In this document: positions 25,601-39,246 of the stretch, piece after piece
Numbering within the stretch: position 1 is the first letter of the stretch
Layout: the number at the start of each line of letters is the position of its first letter
Source: Intoshia linei
Lineage: Eukaryota; Animalia; Orthonectida
DNA length: 64,000 nt
NCBI GenBank assembly: GCA_001642005.1
Contig: LWCA01000044.1
Location: 3,858-67,857, forward strand
Direction of reading: 5' to 3'
Translations under genes and position numbers: made by a program
The notes under the pieces: model-generated
The model's input: only the letters and a program-made list of their open reading frames with translations
Told to the model about the DNA's origin: nothing
Databases searched by the model: none

Positions 25601-28600
25601 AAGTGGATGCTAATAAAACGAGAACTATTACACAACTGATTAATCAATTTACGGGTACATGCTATTCTGGTGAATATATAAATGATCCAGTAACTTATGA
25701 TGTACGAATGGTTTTGGGAACAATTACGACTCTTTTGTTTGACGTTATTTTTAGGTTTTTTAATGATGATACTTATATAAATAACGATGATGAAAAAGGC
25801 GAAATTATTGTACAAGAGATTGCAAAATTGTGGACGTTATTTTTAACGGTTTCTATTGTACACACTAATCCAATTGTATACATATGGTCCATTGAAACGT
25901 TACTAGATTTTGGTAAATTTTTATATAATGAAAGACGAGACAAATGTTTACCGGAAAAAATAATTACTTTAATTAAAGATGAATTTGATGTAATTTTTGA
26001 TACAAATTATTTTTCTACAATTCTAAAAAGATTGTGGGATTTACTTGGCAATACAAATGATGTAAATATTGTTCTAACGATTTATAACGTCGATTCAATC
26101 AATAATTTTAAATTGATGGATACAATAATTCTAAATCATCTGAAATCTGAATTATTTGAAGATCGTATACAAGCTTGCCAAATCTTTGTTAATTTTTGGA
26201 ATATATTTTTACAAATTTCTGAATATAATGAAAATCTCAATATAATTTTTATTACGCAAAGTATACAGTATATGGTCAATATTTTATCTGATGTAGATGA
26301 TGTTTGTTTCAGTGTTGTAGAAAGCTGGGTTTTAGAATGTTTTAGAGAAAATAAAATTTCTTTTATTATTGACAATTTGTTGTTGGTTTTATTGAATGAT
26401 TCTACGAAACGGTATTCTATTTTTTGTGAAGAGGGAAGTGAGCAATTTAAAAAGTGTTTTTTGGTTGATGTTACGAAATCACACTTAGAAAATAAGTCAA
26501 AATGTCAGAATGTTGAAAAACCTTTTAATAAAGATGATAATGAAATGGAAAAAAATCCCATAGAGTCAAAAATTGATACCCCTATAATAAATACCCCATT
26601 GGCGGAACCTGAAAATGAAACATCACCTGATAATATTGTAGATATGTTTGAATTTAAAACATTTGATGCGTATTTACAAAATATTAACTCAATTGATTCA
26701 GGATTTAGTGAAATGTTTTTCTCTGCTCCAATTAAAAAACGATATTTAAGTTACTTGAATCTTGATAGAGTTGCATGCATGTATAATCATTTACTTTTCT
26801 ATTATAAAACTCCTGAATTACAAAATTTATCAAAGTCTTTAAAATGCTTGGAATCTTTCTTTGATTTGGATGCTATTTTGATTGTCAACAAATTCGCTAC
26901 ATGCCCTTTTTTTGATTTAAGTGAAGGATCCACAAAAGTATTATGCCCAATTCTTGAATCTATGATTTCTCATAAATGTTCAATAATTCTGTCAATTTTT
27001 AAAGACATTTCGAAATATTCCATTCCTTCATCAAATACCATTGATTCAGATAAAATTACTTCACTTAATAATCACATTTGTTCAAATTTAACAAAATTAA
27101 ATACCCACATGAATTATTTAGACATTTTGTTGCAAACGCTTATCAATTTTCTAAGATCTTTCCCACGTGAAAAAAATTTAAATGGTTTCACCTATGAAAA
27201 TGAACAATTTAAAGTTCGGATATGCAAAATTTTGTTAAAAATTTTTCAAGGAATGTTTACCCTCATTTCAAACAATGACAACTTTTATCCACAATATTAT
27301 TATGATATTTTGACTCGTAATGATACTCAAAAATTACTTATTTCTGTATATGGTTTTTACTTGTTTCAACTCACAAATATATTAAAAAATGATTACAAGT
27401 CTAGTAATTCATGTATTTTAAATTGCAAAACAATATTGAAATATTTGGTTTTCATGTTTAATATTTTTATCAAAATTGAGCATTATTATTTCAACAATAA
27501 TCCTTGTGATGAAGCAAGCTCTGAAAAGAGTGGTGACAGTAAAAAAGATATTTCTGCTGGCGTAGGTGAAAGTTTATCCAGCTATTTGGATTGCCCTAAT
27601 ATGTCTTGTTTGTATGTGATTGTTCCAATTATTACGAGTAAAATATTTGTAGCGTCCCTTTTACGAACGTTTGAATATTTCGAATTATTTTCGTTACAAG
27701 TTTGTATATTGGATACCATTATTGATTGTCTCCCATATTTTAATAAGCAGCTTGGATCATTATGTACAACCTTTTTAGTTTGTATTTTCAAAAATATTAA
27801 CAATCATGTTTCCAAATTGGACGAAAAAAAAATTTGGATTATCTCAATCTTGCTAAAATATGTAAAATCTATTTTTAATTTTTTTATGACTGAAAGTGTG
27901 AAATTTAATGGAAATGATTTTCAAATGAAAAATATTATTTCTTATAAAAACTATATTACTAAATTCAACATATTAAAATGTAAAGAAACTAAAAAAGTAC
28001 ACATTATTAATGCAAGGAAGCAAGTTTTCAAAATTTTACCATCAATTATATTTTCTTTGGTCAATTTATGGAATATTTACAATACAAATTTGTTTAAAGA
28101 AATTCAAAGTATTTATATGGATTATGATTTTTTTATATTTATTGTTTTGATCAAAGGATCAGGAAAACTTTTTACATTGGATGACTAAATATTTTATATT
28201 GTGGTTTAAAGTCTTTGTACGTAAATAATAGTTAAATAATTACATTCGGATAAATCATTTGTTTTTGGTACGTGGATCCATTAGGATTTATATAATGAAA
28301 ATTTACCATTTTTTTAATTTATTAGACAATGTGTATATAATCTTAAAAATAAAGTAAAAACAGTACAATCTTAAAAATTATTATAAATAGCTTAAATTTT
28401 AGAAAAAATAAAATTTAAATAAAAAGCTTTCGATGAATAAAAAAGTATCAATGTTGTATTAATAATTAATGGCATGAGCACTTTAGAAACATATTTCAGA
28501 TGAATTTTATTAATATTGAAAAAGATTGTAATAAATATAAAAATAATAATGACAAAGTGGTACTTTTATTAATTCGTTGTAGTTTAAATTTTAAATGTTT

Positions 28601-31600
28601 TGAAAATGAAAAATTGCGAAGCAATAAAAAAATCCGAAGGAATCAATTATATAGATTTCCATCCATATGTCTTTATTGGAAATGAATAGACATTAAATAC
28701 ACATTTTATTTGGAAATTGTAGGATGATTATTTACTTTTTCATTTTTAAATTTAAATTAAATTAAATTTTAATTCAAAATTTGAAAAATATTGATTGATA
28801 ATATATTAAAATTATTATTATTTTTCACGGGAATGCGTAGATTTTTTAAATTTAAAAATTTGTATTTATATCAAATCGAATAAGCTCTATCAGAATCATC
28901 TTTTTTTTAATTGTACGACCGTTAATTATTTCAAAGTTTTGTTTTAATAAAATAGTTTCGAAGTAAAAAAATTAATATTAAAGTGTTTTTTTGACGATGA
29001 AGGCGACACTTAATCAGATTGAAATTTTTTTGTGTGTTAACTGGATATAACTGTATAATTCATTTTTTTTGAATTCTAGGGTTGTTTTCATTTTTAAAAA
29101 AAAGAGTAATCTGGGTTTTTGACCGTGAAAATTGTCTTTTTATCTGTTACTATTTATGATAATGCTTATGAATTTAAAAACCATGGCAGAATTTATGTTG
29201 TATAAAATTATAAGACTATATTAAATTTTACAGGAAAGGGTAAATTATGGTTTTGGCCGTGAAGATATAAGATTTTGAAATTGAAAATTATCTTAATATT
29301 GATGAATATAAAACTTTTCATTAGAATGTGTAATTTTTATAATTCTAGAACGGGTTTTTAACGTTGAAGGACTCAATTTCTGAAATTGAAATTTGCGATA
29401 AAACAACACTCTGGAAAAACGGTTATAAGAATATGGAATTCTTGGACACAGGACCGTGGAGAGCCAGCATTAGGCCAAATCAGTTGGAAATTTGTAGCCC
29501 AGATAAATTTTTTTTTATAAATAGGGTCCTCTATAGATTGCTTAATCGGTCGTTTATTGCCTAAAAATTAAAAATAACAGTTGCAAATCGCATTAGTCAT
29601 GATAATTTTGACATACTTAAGAAAATTTCCAACAGTACCTATTAATGAATTAAAATATTAGGCCCTCATGATTGTAGACCCGGGTCATATGGACCTAGCT
29701 CCATTGTCGACCATTCTTCTTGGGCGTATGGTTGATAAACACACGAATTTCATCCTCAAGGTATATAATTCATTTTATTTTTGTGTTTTTTATTTGCAGC
29801 ATAGTAGAAAACCTTAACTCTGTTTTGTTTATCAATTTTCTCTGGCCGCATATAGTTTTGCTGGGCGCACCGGTTGAGAAACACTGCTATAATGGGTCCG
29901 AATTATAAAATATCAAAATTAGAAAAACTGCTTATTTTTTCAAGTGGTGAATTTTTGTAGGTTTAGAATTTAAATAAATACATGATTTTATAAACTGCCG
30001 TTTTATGTGGTCACTTTTGACTTGGCATTGTATTTGTAATTATAACTGTATTATTTAGAATGTCAAATTACGAAACGGTCTATTCTTTCTAATATTGGAT
30101 CAATCATAGAAGTAATATTATATCATGATTCAATTACATGCATAACAGCATTTTCTGTTGTATGGGGTGAACTTTCAATTGGAAAAAGAATTAATTCTCC
30201 AATTGAATATATTATTCCTTCAATAACCAAAGAACAGGAAATGATTATTACTTTTCTACAATCGCTGGAATGTTTTCCGTGTAACAAGTTTTTTGTAGCA
30301 ATTAAAGACGGAATTAAAAATCCATTAAAAGGTCTTTATTCTTCAACGACCTCCCATCTCAATAAAACCTATATAAATAAAGTGCAAACACGGAAAACGT
30401 CTTTAGACATTTGTATGCTACGAATGTTTTATTATTATATTTGCAAATTAGACACTGGTTTATTTATTAACCATTGGAGTGTATTATATAAATTTTATAA
30501 AGATTCAAGCAATGATTTGGAAAAGCCTACTTGTATATTTGTATTAATGTATTCATTTGTGGACATATCAGAACGAATGAAAGTAAGTGATTCAAACATG
30601 TATAAAGAACTTCAAGAAATCACCATTAAATTAATAGAAAAAATTAATACAATTATTTCGGCTTTATTAGAAAACACAACTTGGATTAGACGCAGTTTAA
30701 TTGTCAAAAATTCAGTACAAGTTGATTATAATGAATACCCTGAAGATATGAAAAAAATTCCAAAAAATCGTGAAAATTATAGGATGCGATACAGTGTCCA
30801 GGGCATAATGGCTTTAGTTGACTCATTATCTAAGCTTATGGACATTGTCTTTACTAGTGAGGATAAAGAAAAAACTGTTCCAATTTTAACTAGCGTATTA
30901 ACCAATGTGTTTCCGTTTTTGAGAGCAAGGTCTTGCAGCAATATACCTGCTTTCAGAGCTTCTTCAAATCTTTTGAGAAATTTATCAGACTATCAATTTT
31001 CACGCAAAGTTTGGAAACGAGATATTTTTGAACTTTTTAACGACTCATCTTTTTTTCAAGTCGATGAAACTAGTTTTAAAGATTGGGTCATAATAATTGA
31101 TAATTTGATGAGCAATGATACTACTACATTTAGAGAACTTTTGACGCGTCCTCTTTCAAGTCAAAAAGCAGCACTACCTCTTTTTATATCCAGGGAACAA
31201 GAAATTGAACAACGGTGTGCTCACATTAAGCGTATATCTTTTGTTATATATAGTGGAGAAATTGACCAGTACTACAAATACTTGCCAGAAATTCAAGAAA
31301 AAATTACAGAAAATTTAAAATTTGTATCTCCTTTTATATTGAACGAAATTTTCTTTTGTTTCAGAATAATTTTACTTAAATTTTCAAGAAACCTGGTTTC
31401 CATTTGGCCAATTATTATATATGAACTTACAAATGCTTTAAGCATCATGCACCAATTTTTAAGGGCAAAATACGATGACGATGATTCTCTTAGACAGAGA
31501 ACAAATTCTATTATGAAAATTAGTGGAATTGATTTGAACGCAAAAGCCTGGAAGTATGCTTTTTTGGGAGCCGTTAAATTATTGAATTTGTTGATTGATA

Positions 31601-32025
31601 TACCTGTTACCCACCTCCCTCATTTTCAATTTTACAATTGGGCTTTTGTTGATTTGAATCAGCAATATAATGAATCTACGGAGAGTCCAGGTGTAAGTGA
31701 TATAGATTATTTTACTGATGAAACTGTCAATACTAAAGAAAATAAAAAGTATTTTATACCATACACGTTAAAAATTAACCAATTATTACAAAAATCTAAA
31801 AATAATACTAAAGATCTAGTTTCTAAAAAATTAAATTACGCCAAGTTAGTTGAAAGTTTTATACCAAGAGTTTCCATTAAATCTATCGAAGAATTATCAC
31901 CTTTTTTTGAGAATATTTCAGACAGAATTACTAGAATAAAACCAAACGATGAATATCAAATTTACGAAAATATAAACATCTCGACTTATCTCAAACCTCA
32001 TGAATTCTTAGAACCCTTCAATTAA
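22618..32025 (+). CDS. DOP1: Dopey/DOP1 (pad-1) trafficking protein; exons 22618-22764, 23614-~28108, 30059-32025
   Basis: N-terminal Dopey domain ([41 protein letters not shown]) and a conserved C-terminus (VFPFLRARS, IIDNLM, DQYYKYLPEIQE). Splice phases are compatible. Confidence 0.95.
28250..29440 (-). mobile_element. Partial copy of the non-autonomous Helitron family in Dopey intron 2
   Basis: Long blocks align by eye with 60760-62130, e.g. TTATTAGACA...AAAAATAAAGTAAAAA and GAAGGAAT.AATTATATAGATTT. Boundaries approximate. Confidence 0.7.
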
Positions 32026-32067
32026 TTGTATAATTTATTTTGTATAGTCACATTACATTTTTAATAT

Positions 32068-34262
32068 CTAATAATTGTCTAATAATCTTGCAGATGGATC
32101 TACATTATCTGAAAATGGATGCCTCCAAAAAAATGGTATTATTTGTGAACGATTTGGGTAATGTTTTTCAAAAATTTCTCTATAATAAAGACTTTCTTTA
32201 TCGTATGGAGTACAATGTTTGTATTTTTGACATTTTTCCAAAAATTCATCATCGCTGTATCTACTTTCAACAAAATCTTTAATGTAATTAAATGCAGAAT
32301 ATTCCTTTTTGGCAATTCCATCAGAAAATGCTTCTTTTCTCCGCCACAGTAATTCTTCTGGTAATATATCTGAAAAGGCATTTCTTAATATCTGTTTTTC
32401 CATTAATTTATATTTTTCCTTACTCCAAGCTGCATCTCCTTTATCTAAATATAATGTAGTCACTACATGTTAATTTCCAATTAATTTGATCATAATTTCG
32501 CCTTTCTAAATTTTAAGCTTTAAGGATTCTTTACACCCCATTTTTAAGTCATAATATTAAAACTAATACATTTTTTCAATAACACTAGTATTTGAAACTT
32601 AAAAATCTTCAATTGATAAATAGAGCATCGGTTACACAATGCAGGTCTGCAGATCATTACCGGGTTCCTATGAAAAACCTATCTGTTTATGGTAAAAATA
32701 ATTTTATAACCATTAAGGTGAAAAAGTGGATTTATATCACCTAAATTTTAATTTAACTTGGTAAATTTTTCATTAAGACCGGTAGTGGTCCGCGGACGTC
32801 TACAGTATTTTGGAAACGCTGACTTAATATGTGCAATCAATAAATAATTGTAACCGAATTTTAATCGATATGTTGCTTCCATTTTCTGATCAAATCTTTT
32901 ATATTCCCCAGGAATACTCATAACATAAAGGAGCAGGTTTTTATCGGCAAAAGGTACACGAGCATCGAGAGTTGCTGATGAAATGGTTTTGTCACTTCTA
33001 AGTACATCAAAGTATTGTATATTATTTAGCATTTTAACATTCTCTTGGTCAAGTTTATCACCACATTCAGTTTTACCGAAACCACGATACCCTCCAAAAA
33101 TTTCATCTGACACGTCTCCACAATATATAACAATATTCTTACCAATCTTCTTAACAAATTGAGATACCAAATAATTTCCTATCGATGCACGAACAGTAGT
33201 AACATCATAAGATTCTATTTGATATATTGTCTCATCGATAGCGTCAACATATTCTTCTGGGGTAATTAATAATTCATGGTGATCAGTTCCAATGTGTTCT
33301 GAAGCTATTTTTGCATAGTGCAAATCCTCCGAACCTTTCAAGCCTACTGTATAAGTGTGTAATGGTTGATCATAAACTTTTTTAACTAGAGCAGTGATAA
33401 GAGTAGAGTCCAACCCTCCAGATAAGATACACCCAATTGGTCGATCACTCATGAGTCGCTTTCTAACTGCACCTAGAAACAACTTTCTAACGTTTTTGGC
33501 TATTTTTAAGCAATTTTTGTCAATATCAGCGTCCAATGTGTCGATAGTATAATCAAAAGGAGCTGGTGAATCTTGGTTATATTTATTTATCCAAAATGGG
33601 TCAATATGTGATTTTTCAAATCCATCTTTAACATCAAAATAGCTGAAAAATTTTCCACTGCTTGAAGTATAATAAGAACCAACCGGAAACATCATAACGT
33701 TTTCTAAATCCTCTGGGATGGCTTTCATTTCTGATACGAAAAAATGATTATCATCCTCAACATAATAATACATGGGTTTTATTCCAATAGGATCTCGAGC
33801 CACTATATATTCACTAGATGTTAAATCCGCTATAACCAATGAAAAAGTTCCGTCCAAATGTGACACTGTTTTTTCTATCCCAAATTTGAAAAACATTTCT
33901 AAGATTATATCGCAGTCGCAATTGGATGTTATTTCTAGGTTGTATCGTTTTTGTAAATCTTTATAATTATAAATTTCTCCATTTACCATACTCCCATATC
34001 GATGACCTTTTTTTGCAAATTTTCCACTTTGGCTTTCATTCGTAATTTCGTTTTCGGAACCATTATACGATTTAAAAAAAGGCTGCATGGAGAATTGATC
34101 CAATCCTACAATGGTCAATCTATGAAAACCCAAGGTTATTAATCCATCGCAAAATTGTTCATAATAAGTGTTCTCTGGACCTCTATGATATAGTCTTTTA
34201 AAATATTTTTCTAGTGTTTTCATACTATATTTACGACCTTTGTAAAAAAAAATTCCGCACAT
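32068..34262 (-). CDS. ASNS: Glutamine-hydrolysing asparagine synthetase; one intron at about 32462-32855
   Basis: MCGIF N-terminal nucleophile, HRGP, NGEIYN, RDPIGIKP, LSGGLDS, RVPF, LLWRRKEAFSDG and DPSAR motifs. Exact splice sites are uncertain. Confidence 0.93.
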
Positions 34263-35371
34263 GTTCGTTTTCTTCTCTAGATGATGAGTTGTTGCAACGA
34301 TATTAAATTTACGATTTTGATTTTAAATTAAAATTTAACTGGTTTATTTGTTAATTAATACGTTTATATTGAATTTCAAAAATTATACGTGTATAATTAA
34401 AATGAGTTTTAAAAATAGTTAAAAAGTATTTAATTGCACTATCATATAACTAACTTACACGACATAAGTTCAGAATCTGAATTCGATTACTTGTACAGAG
34501 TTGCCAGACATAAAGTTATATTCTACATTTAAAAACGATGATTTTGAAATCTGTATTTTTGATGTGTACAGTGTACAGTTGTGTTTCAGTGAAATAGTTT
34601 CATAAATTAATGATAAATTTAATTGAATTTATTAGAAATTTTGCATCTTAAAATTTTTTTTATCAAATTTAATATTTACGAGAATGTTTTACGGTGATTT
34701 GATGATTATTTAATGAAATAATTGTTTTTAGCGTAAATTTTAGATTAAAAATCTCTAATCTTATAAAATAGCCAAAATTTGAATAAAAATTACAAATTTT
34801 AGTAAGTAACAAAATTGTAACATTCTTGTAAAGAAGTCGATTATTCGAATATGTATTTTATTATTTACAATTATTTAATAATTAATAATAATATTGTAAA
34901 ATAATTTAAAATAATAATTAAGATTCTTCAACAGTACAGTAACGTATAGTATCAATATGTATTTAGTGAATACTACAATTCTCATGGATTCTCAATGACA
35001 AAATAAATAAAAATTATTAGTACTATTCGTATAAAAGTTCAAATTTTAAATTAAAATTTAAGTTTAATTCATCAAAATGTATATGTTTCCATGATTAAAT
35101 TTAAAATTATTGAATTAAATTGTGACATTTATGGAATGACTAATTAAATGTATACTTATGAAATTGGAGTCGTTTTATAGAACTGCTCCGTGGAGCAATT
35201 TTCTGGCAACTCTGCACTGCCGTCGATTTCGACGGCGTCGAATATTATCTTGCATTATTATTTCAAATATAAGTTTATTTAATCAACATTTTTATATCAA
35301 AAAAATAATTGTACAATTTAATATAATTAAATTTAACTTTAAATACTCTATTCATAAAAATCATCTTTATT

Positions 35372-36521
35372 ATGATTAAAAATAAATATCAATCTGAAAA
35401 ATTATCATATTGCATTGTATGGACGTCTATTCCAATGTTATCGTAAATTTATAATAAATTACAGTAGGGAGTCCCTACTATGGACAAATTAAGGGCACCA
35501 TGTTTTATGTAGTGTAACCATGTATAATATACAAATATTTATAATAAATAATAATAATTTACAGTTTAAAATTTAAACCATGTAAATTGCATCGAAACCT
35601 TGTCGAACTATGAGTATGATTATAATTTATTTTGAATTTAAATGTAGATACATTTTTCCACTAATTGGACATGTTGGAATTTGCAACTCAAAAGGCCAAA
35701 TTTGTGATTTTGTTGGAGGTGTCAATATAGATAATTTTTCTTTTGGCAGACCACTAAAGTAATGTAATTGTGACTAATGAAAATTAATTCTAACTCGTAT
35801 TATTTTTTATAATTTAGATACACCCGATTATATCATGACGAAAATGTTAATGCTGAACAATATGACAAGATGATTGACGAGTCAAACATGATTTATGATA
35901 AAAAAAACGTTTATTTTATTTATTATTCTTGTTTCTTTTTTCTTTAATTTGATCGTACCTTGGCAGTAACAACCCAAGGATGAACTCTCGATCGTGTCCA
36001 TGTGTTAATCTTTTTGAGACAATTCTAATTTTAAAAAATTGGAAGCAAAAGTTTTAAATTTAAATTCTCTAAAAACTCTATTAGAAATTGGGTGTTTTAA
36101 CTATAGGAATCTTAATTTTTTAATTAAACGGTAACACAGGTGTTCATTTTTATATATGTTACCGTCAAAGTGAAAATTCAGGCAATTTGCAAACATTTAT
36201 TTACATTTGTAAGTAAATGATGTAAATTTAATAGCACAACCTATTTACGACAAATTGCTACGATCATGTATGCTACGCTTTAAATTTGCTTGGTTATCAA
36301 GATAAAAAATGGACACGAATTCAACTAGCTTTCTTAATGATGCGGAAATCCCACTACGTCGAGTAATTTTAATTTTAAATAATATATTTTATTTTTAATA
36401 TAAAAAATTCATGATTTTTTAAATTTTTTTTAGTCAATTTGCGAAAATTGCGACATATCTACCTTTCTTAATTGTATTAACTTTAATTATTATTACTCTA
36501 TATTTTGTTACTAAATTTTAA
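35372..36521 (+). CDS. TMEM222: TMEM222 / RTE1-like (DUF778); exons 35372-35442, 35648-35758, 35818-35908, 36235-36362, 36434-36521
   Basis: Not in the ORF track. The spliced translation gives YCIVWTSIPMLS-YIFPLIGHVGICNSKGQICDF...FGRPLK-Y...HNLFTTNCYDHV and a C-terminal TM segment, and all junctions keep frame. Confidence 0.88.
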
Positions 36522-36535
36522 AATTAAAGTTTAAT

Positions 36536-38562
36536 ATGAAACATGTTTATACCCCGCTATGGTGAATGACGTAATAAACTATATTAATCAATGTATCAAA
36601 TTTACATATCTTTAACAGTTTTAAATTATATAAATTCTGGTCTAAATAAAGAGACAATTTTGATTGGATTCTACCGTGAAAATACATTACACATTCTACC
36701 CATTCAGTATTCCAATGATCCGTTCTGGAAGAATTTAAATTTAAAATTTTGTAAAAAATTTAATCAGCACATTAAACTCATCAAAATTAAATTCAAAAAT
36801 ACCAATGAATCGTTTTTGTATGTGAATCATCTAAAATTAAAAATTATACTGGAAACCAAATACCCTTTTATCAAAAAAGTACACTATAAAGAAGATAAAT
36901 TCAACCTCGATTTGTTTTCCGATTACAGCACAAATATTTTTGTTTATCGTGAAAGTATATTTTTGAATAGATTCAAAATATTCAATTGCCCAAAACACCA
37001 TTCTGATCAATGTTTAGAAATTTATTTAAAAGAATTTAATTATCTTTCATTTTTTCTTTTTAAATATTTTAAAATTAATATAAACAAATTGAATGATTCG
37101 AATGGCGAAAAATCAAAGCAAGAACAAACTGCTGCTAAAATGCAAACACCTTCCAAAAAAGAAAATGTTTTAACAATTTTGAATGGGTATGATATTATGA
37201 ATTTAAAATTAATAAGTAATAAAATGACTCATTTAGAATTTCAAAGTTTTTTTATTCCTTTACGCACAATTACAATTTGTATGTTCAATTCAACAAATGT
37301 ACATGTTTTGTAGAGTAAAAATGTTTGTTTCCTAATAAAAAAACTTTTAGACGATTGAACATAATTCTACAAATATCTATTGATATTTTTTTCGGATCAT
37401 TATTTTATATTTTGCTCAGTTATTCAAATTACGAAAAATACATTTTTTCTAATCTTTACACCTCAATGCAGGTACATTTGTGTAGTTTCTTTTTATTTGC
37501 ATTTTTTTAGATTTTAGAATATTACATTATTAAAGTTGTCGATAATATCATCAAATCGGATCAAATTGCTGGCTTGAAATTAAATTCAGAGTTGACTCAT
37601 TTTTTTGGGATTATCACAAAATATCAAATTGGATTTCAAAATTGTGTTAACATTTTTTCCTCAATTTCATTTTTGTTTAGATATTTATGTTAATACGCTG
37701 TACTATTTTGTCAATTATTTTAAATATCTTTCGCTATCATGTAATTATTTTACAAAAAATATACACACATAAAATGTATCATTTTTATGTATATTTAGGC
37801 TTTATTGGACTAAGTTTTTATGTTAGTCTTTGGAGGGACGTCATATCTTTGGCGTTTTTTTCTATCAACTCTCTTTATTTCATCATGTGCATGTATTTTT
37901 TCTTCAATATTGAATTTTAATTTTAATTTTAGGATATATTATTGTTTTATCAAGACAATGCAACACATGTGTTTATTATTTCTCGGTAAGAAACGTAATC
38001 CTTTGAGAAATCGAGTAGATTCTCTAGAAAGTTCGCAGTATAAATTATTGATGGGAACTCTAATTTTTACAATTTCATTATTTTTGATTCCAACCATTGT
38101 TGTTTTTTATGTACTCGTTATTTTTGTAATTTTTTTTATTTACCTTTAATTGTTGATTAATATTTTAGGCAAGATTGTATTTTTTAATAATTGATTCACA
38201 GATTTTATTGGCTATAGAAAAACTGCTTAGAAGAATTAAAATTGGAAATATTGTTCTGTACATTTTTTCGCCCAATTATTTAAATGGTAATTTTTATTTA
38301 TTTCTAATGTTTTTTAATTTCACTTAATTTTTATTTTTAAGGAAAATTTGTTCTCAGAAATAAAAGTTTCAGTCAAGATTTACGCATTTACGAAATTATT
38401 GTTTTTTATTGTTTATTATTAATATATTTTGTTTAGAATCAAAAACCATCTTTTCTTAGTATTGTTAGGCATAAAAAGAAAAATATATTGACCAAGTTAG
38501 CTAGTTGTATTTTTAGTATGCTTACTGGAAAACCTTTGCATCGATTAAATTATTATACTTGA
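36536..38562 (+). CDS. PIGQ: GPI-GlcNAc transferase subunit Q (Gpi1), multi-exon; start uncertain
   Basis: AGLKLNSELTHFFG and FLGKKRNPLRNRVDS...LLMGTLIFTISLFLIPT are Gpi1 motifs. The last exon ends LTGKPLHRLNYYT*. Confidence 0.85.
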
Positions 38563-38929
38563 TTTATATTTATTACGATTAAAGGTCCCGTTGTTATATA
38601 TGGGTTGTTGAATTGACTATACTTTTTTTATTTCAAAATGAGAATAACAAAATTCAAAATGATATATTTTTAATATATTGAAATTTTAAAAGGTTTAAAA
38701 AATGGAATGATAAATATCACAATTGTAAAGTAATTCTAAGAACTTGTACCATTCGTCTCAAATTTAATTTAATTATTAAAAATTGCAGTTTTCCAACATC
38801 TCAATAATCTTGTATACACTTTAAAATCTATCAGACATTAACCTCAAAATGCATATAATTTCGTAAATAAAGAGAAAAGAAATTTTACTTTAAGGTTACT
38901 TGAATTACAATCTCAAAATTCAAATATAG

Positions 38930-39110
38930 TTTTCATGGATGAAACTAATTTTAATTTACTTATTTCAAGAAAAGAAGGTATATCGCTACGCGGTGAGCGC
39001 ACTTCAGTGGACAACAATATGGATAGTATATTATAAATTCCAAAATTTGCTGAACATACATTTTTAAGGCTTAGACCATACAGCCCTATGCTCGACCCAA
39101 TTGAGACTGA
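38930..39110 (+). pseudogene. Tc1/IS630-like transposase remnant
   Basis: Translates to FMDETNFNL and LRLRPYSPMLDPIE (DDE catalytic motifs), with most of the intervening sequence deleted. Confidence 0.65.
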
Positions 39111-39246
39111 GGTCAAATAAACAGATCAATTGCAGTTCGCCTTGGTGAGGTATTACATTGACAAGAAAAGTTATCTATGACTTAATCAAAAGTACGTTCT
39201 CTATATCAGTTCATGAGAGAATCTATGAATTAAATTAATATATCTA

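Noticed and set aside
28109-28188. Dopey split into two genes (ORF stop at 28188)
   Set aside because: A phase-1 donor at 28109 matches the phase-1 acceptor before 30059, so it is a single gene.
35158-35379. 73-aa ORF and the many other short or antisense ORFs in the track
   Set aside because: No recognisable motifs. They are shadows of real exons or chance ORFs in repeats.
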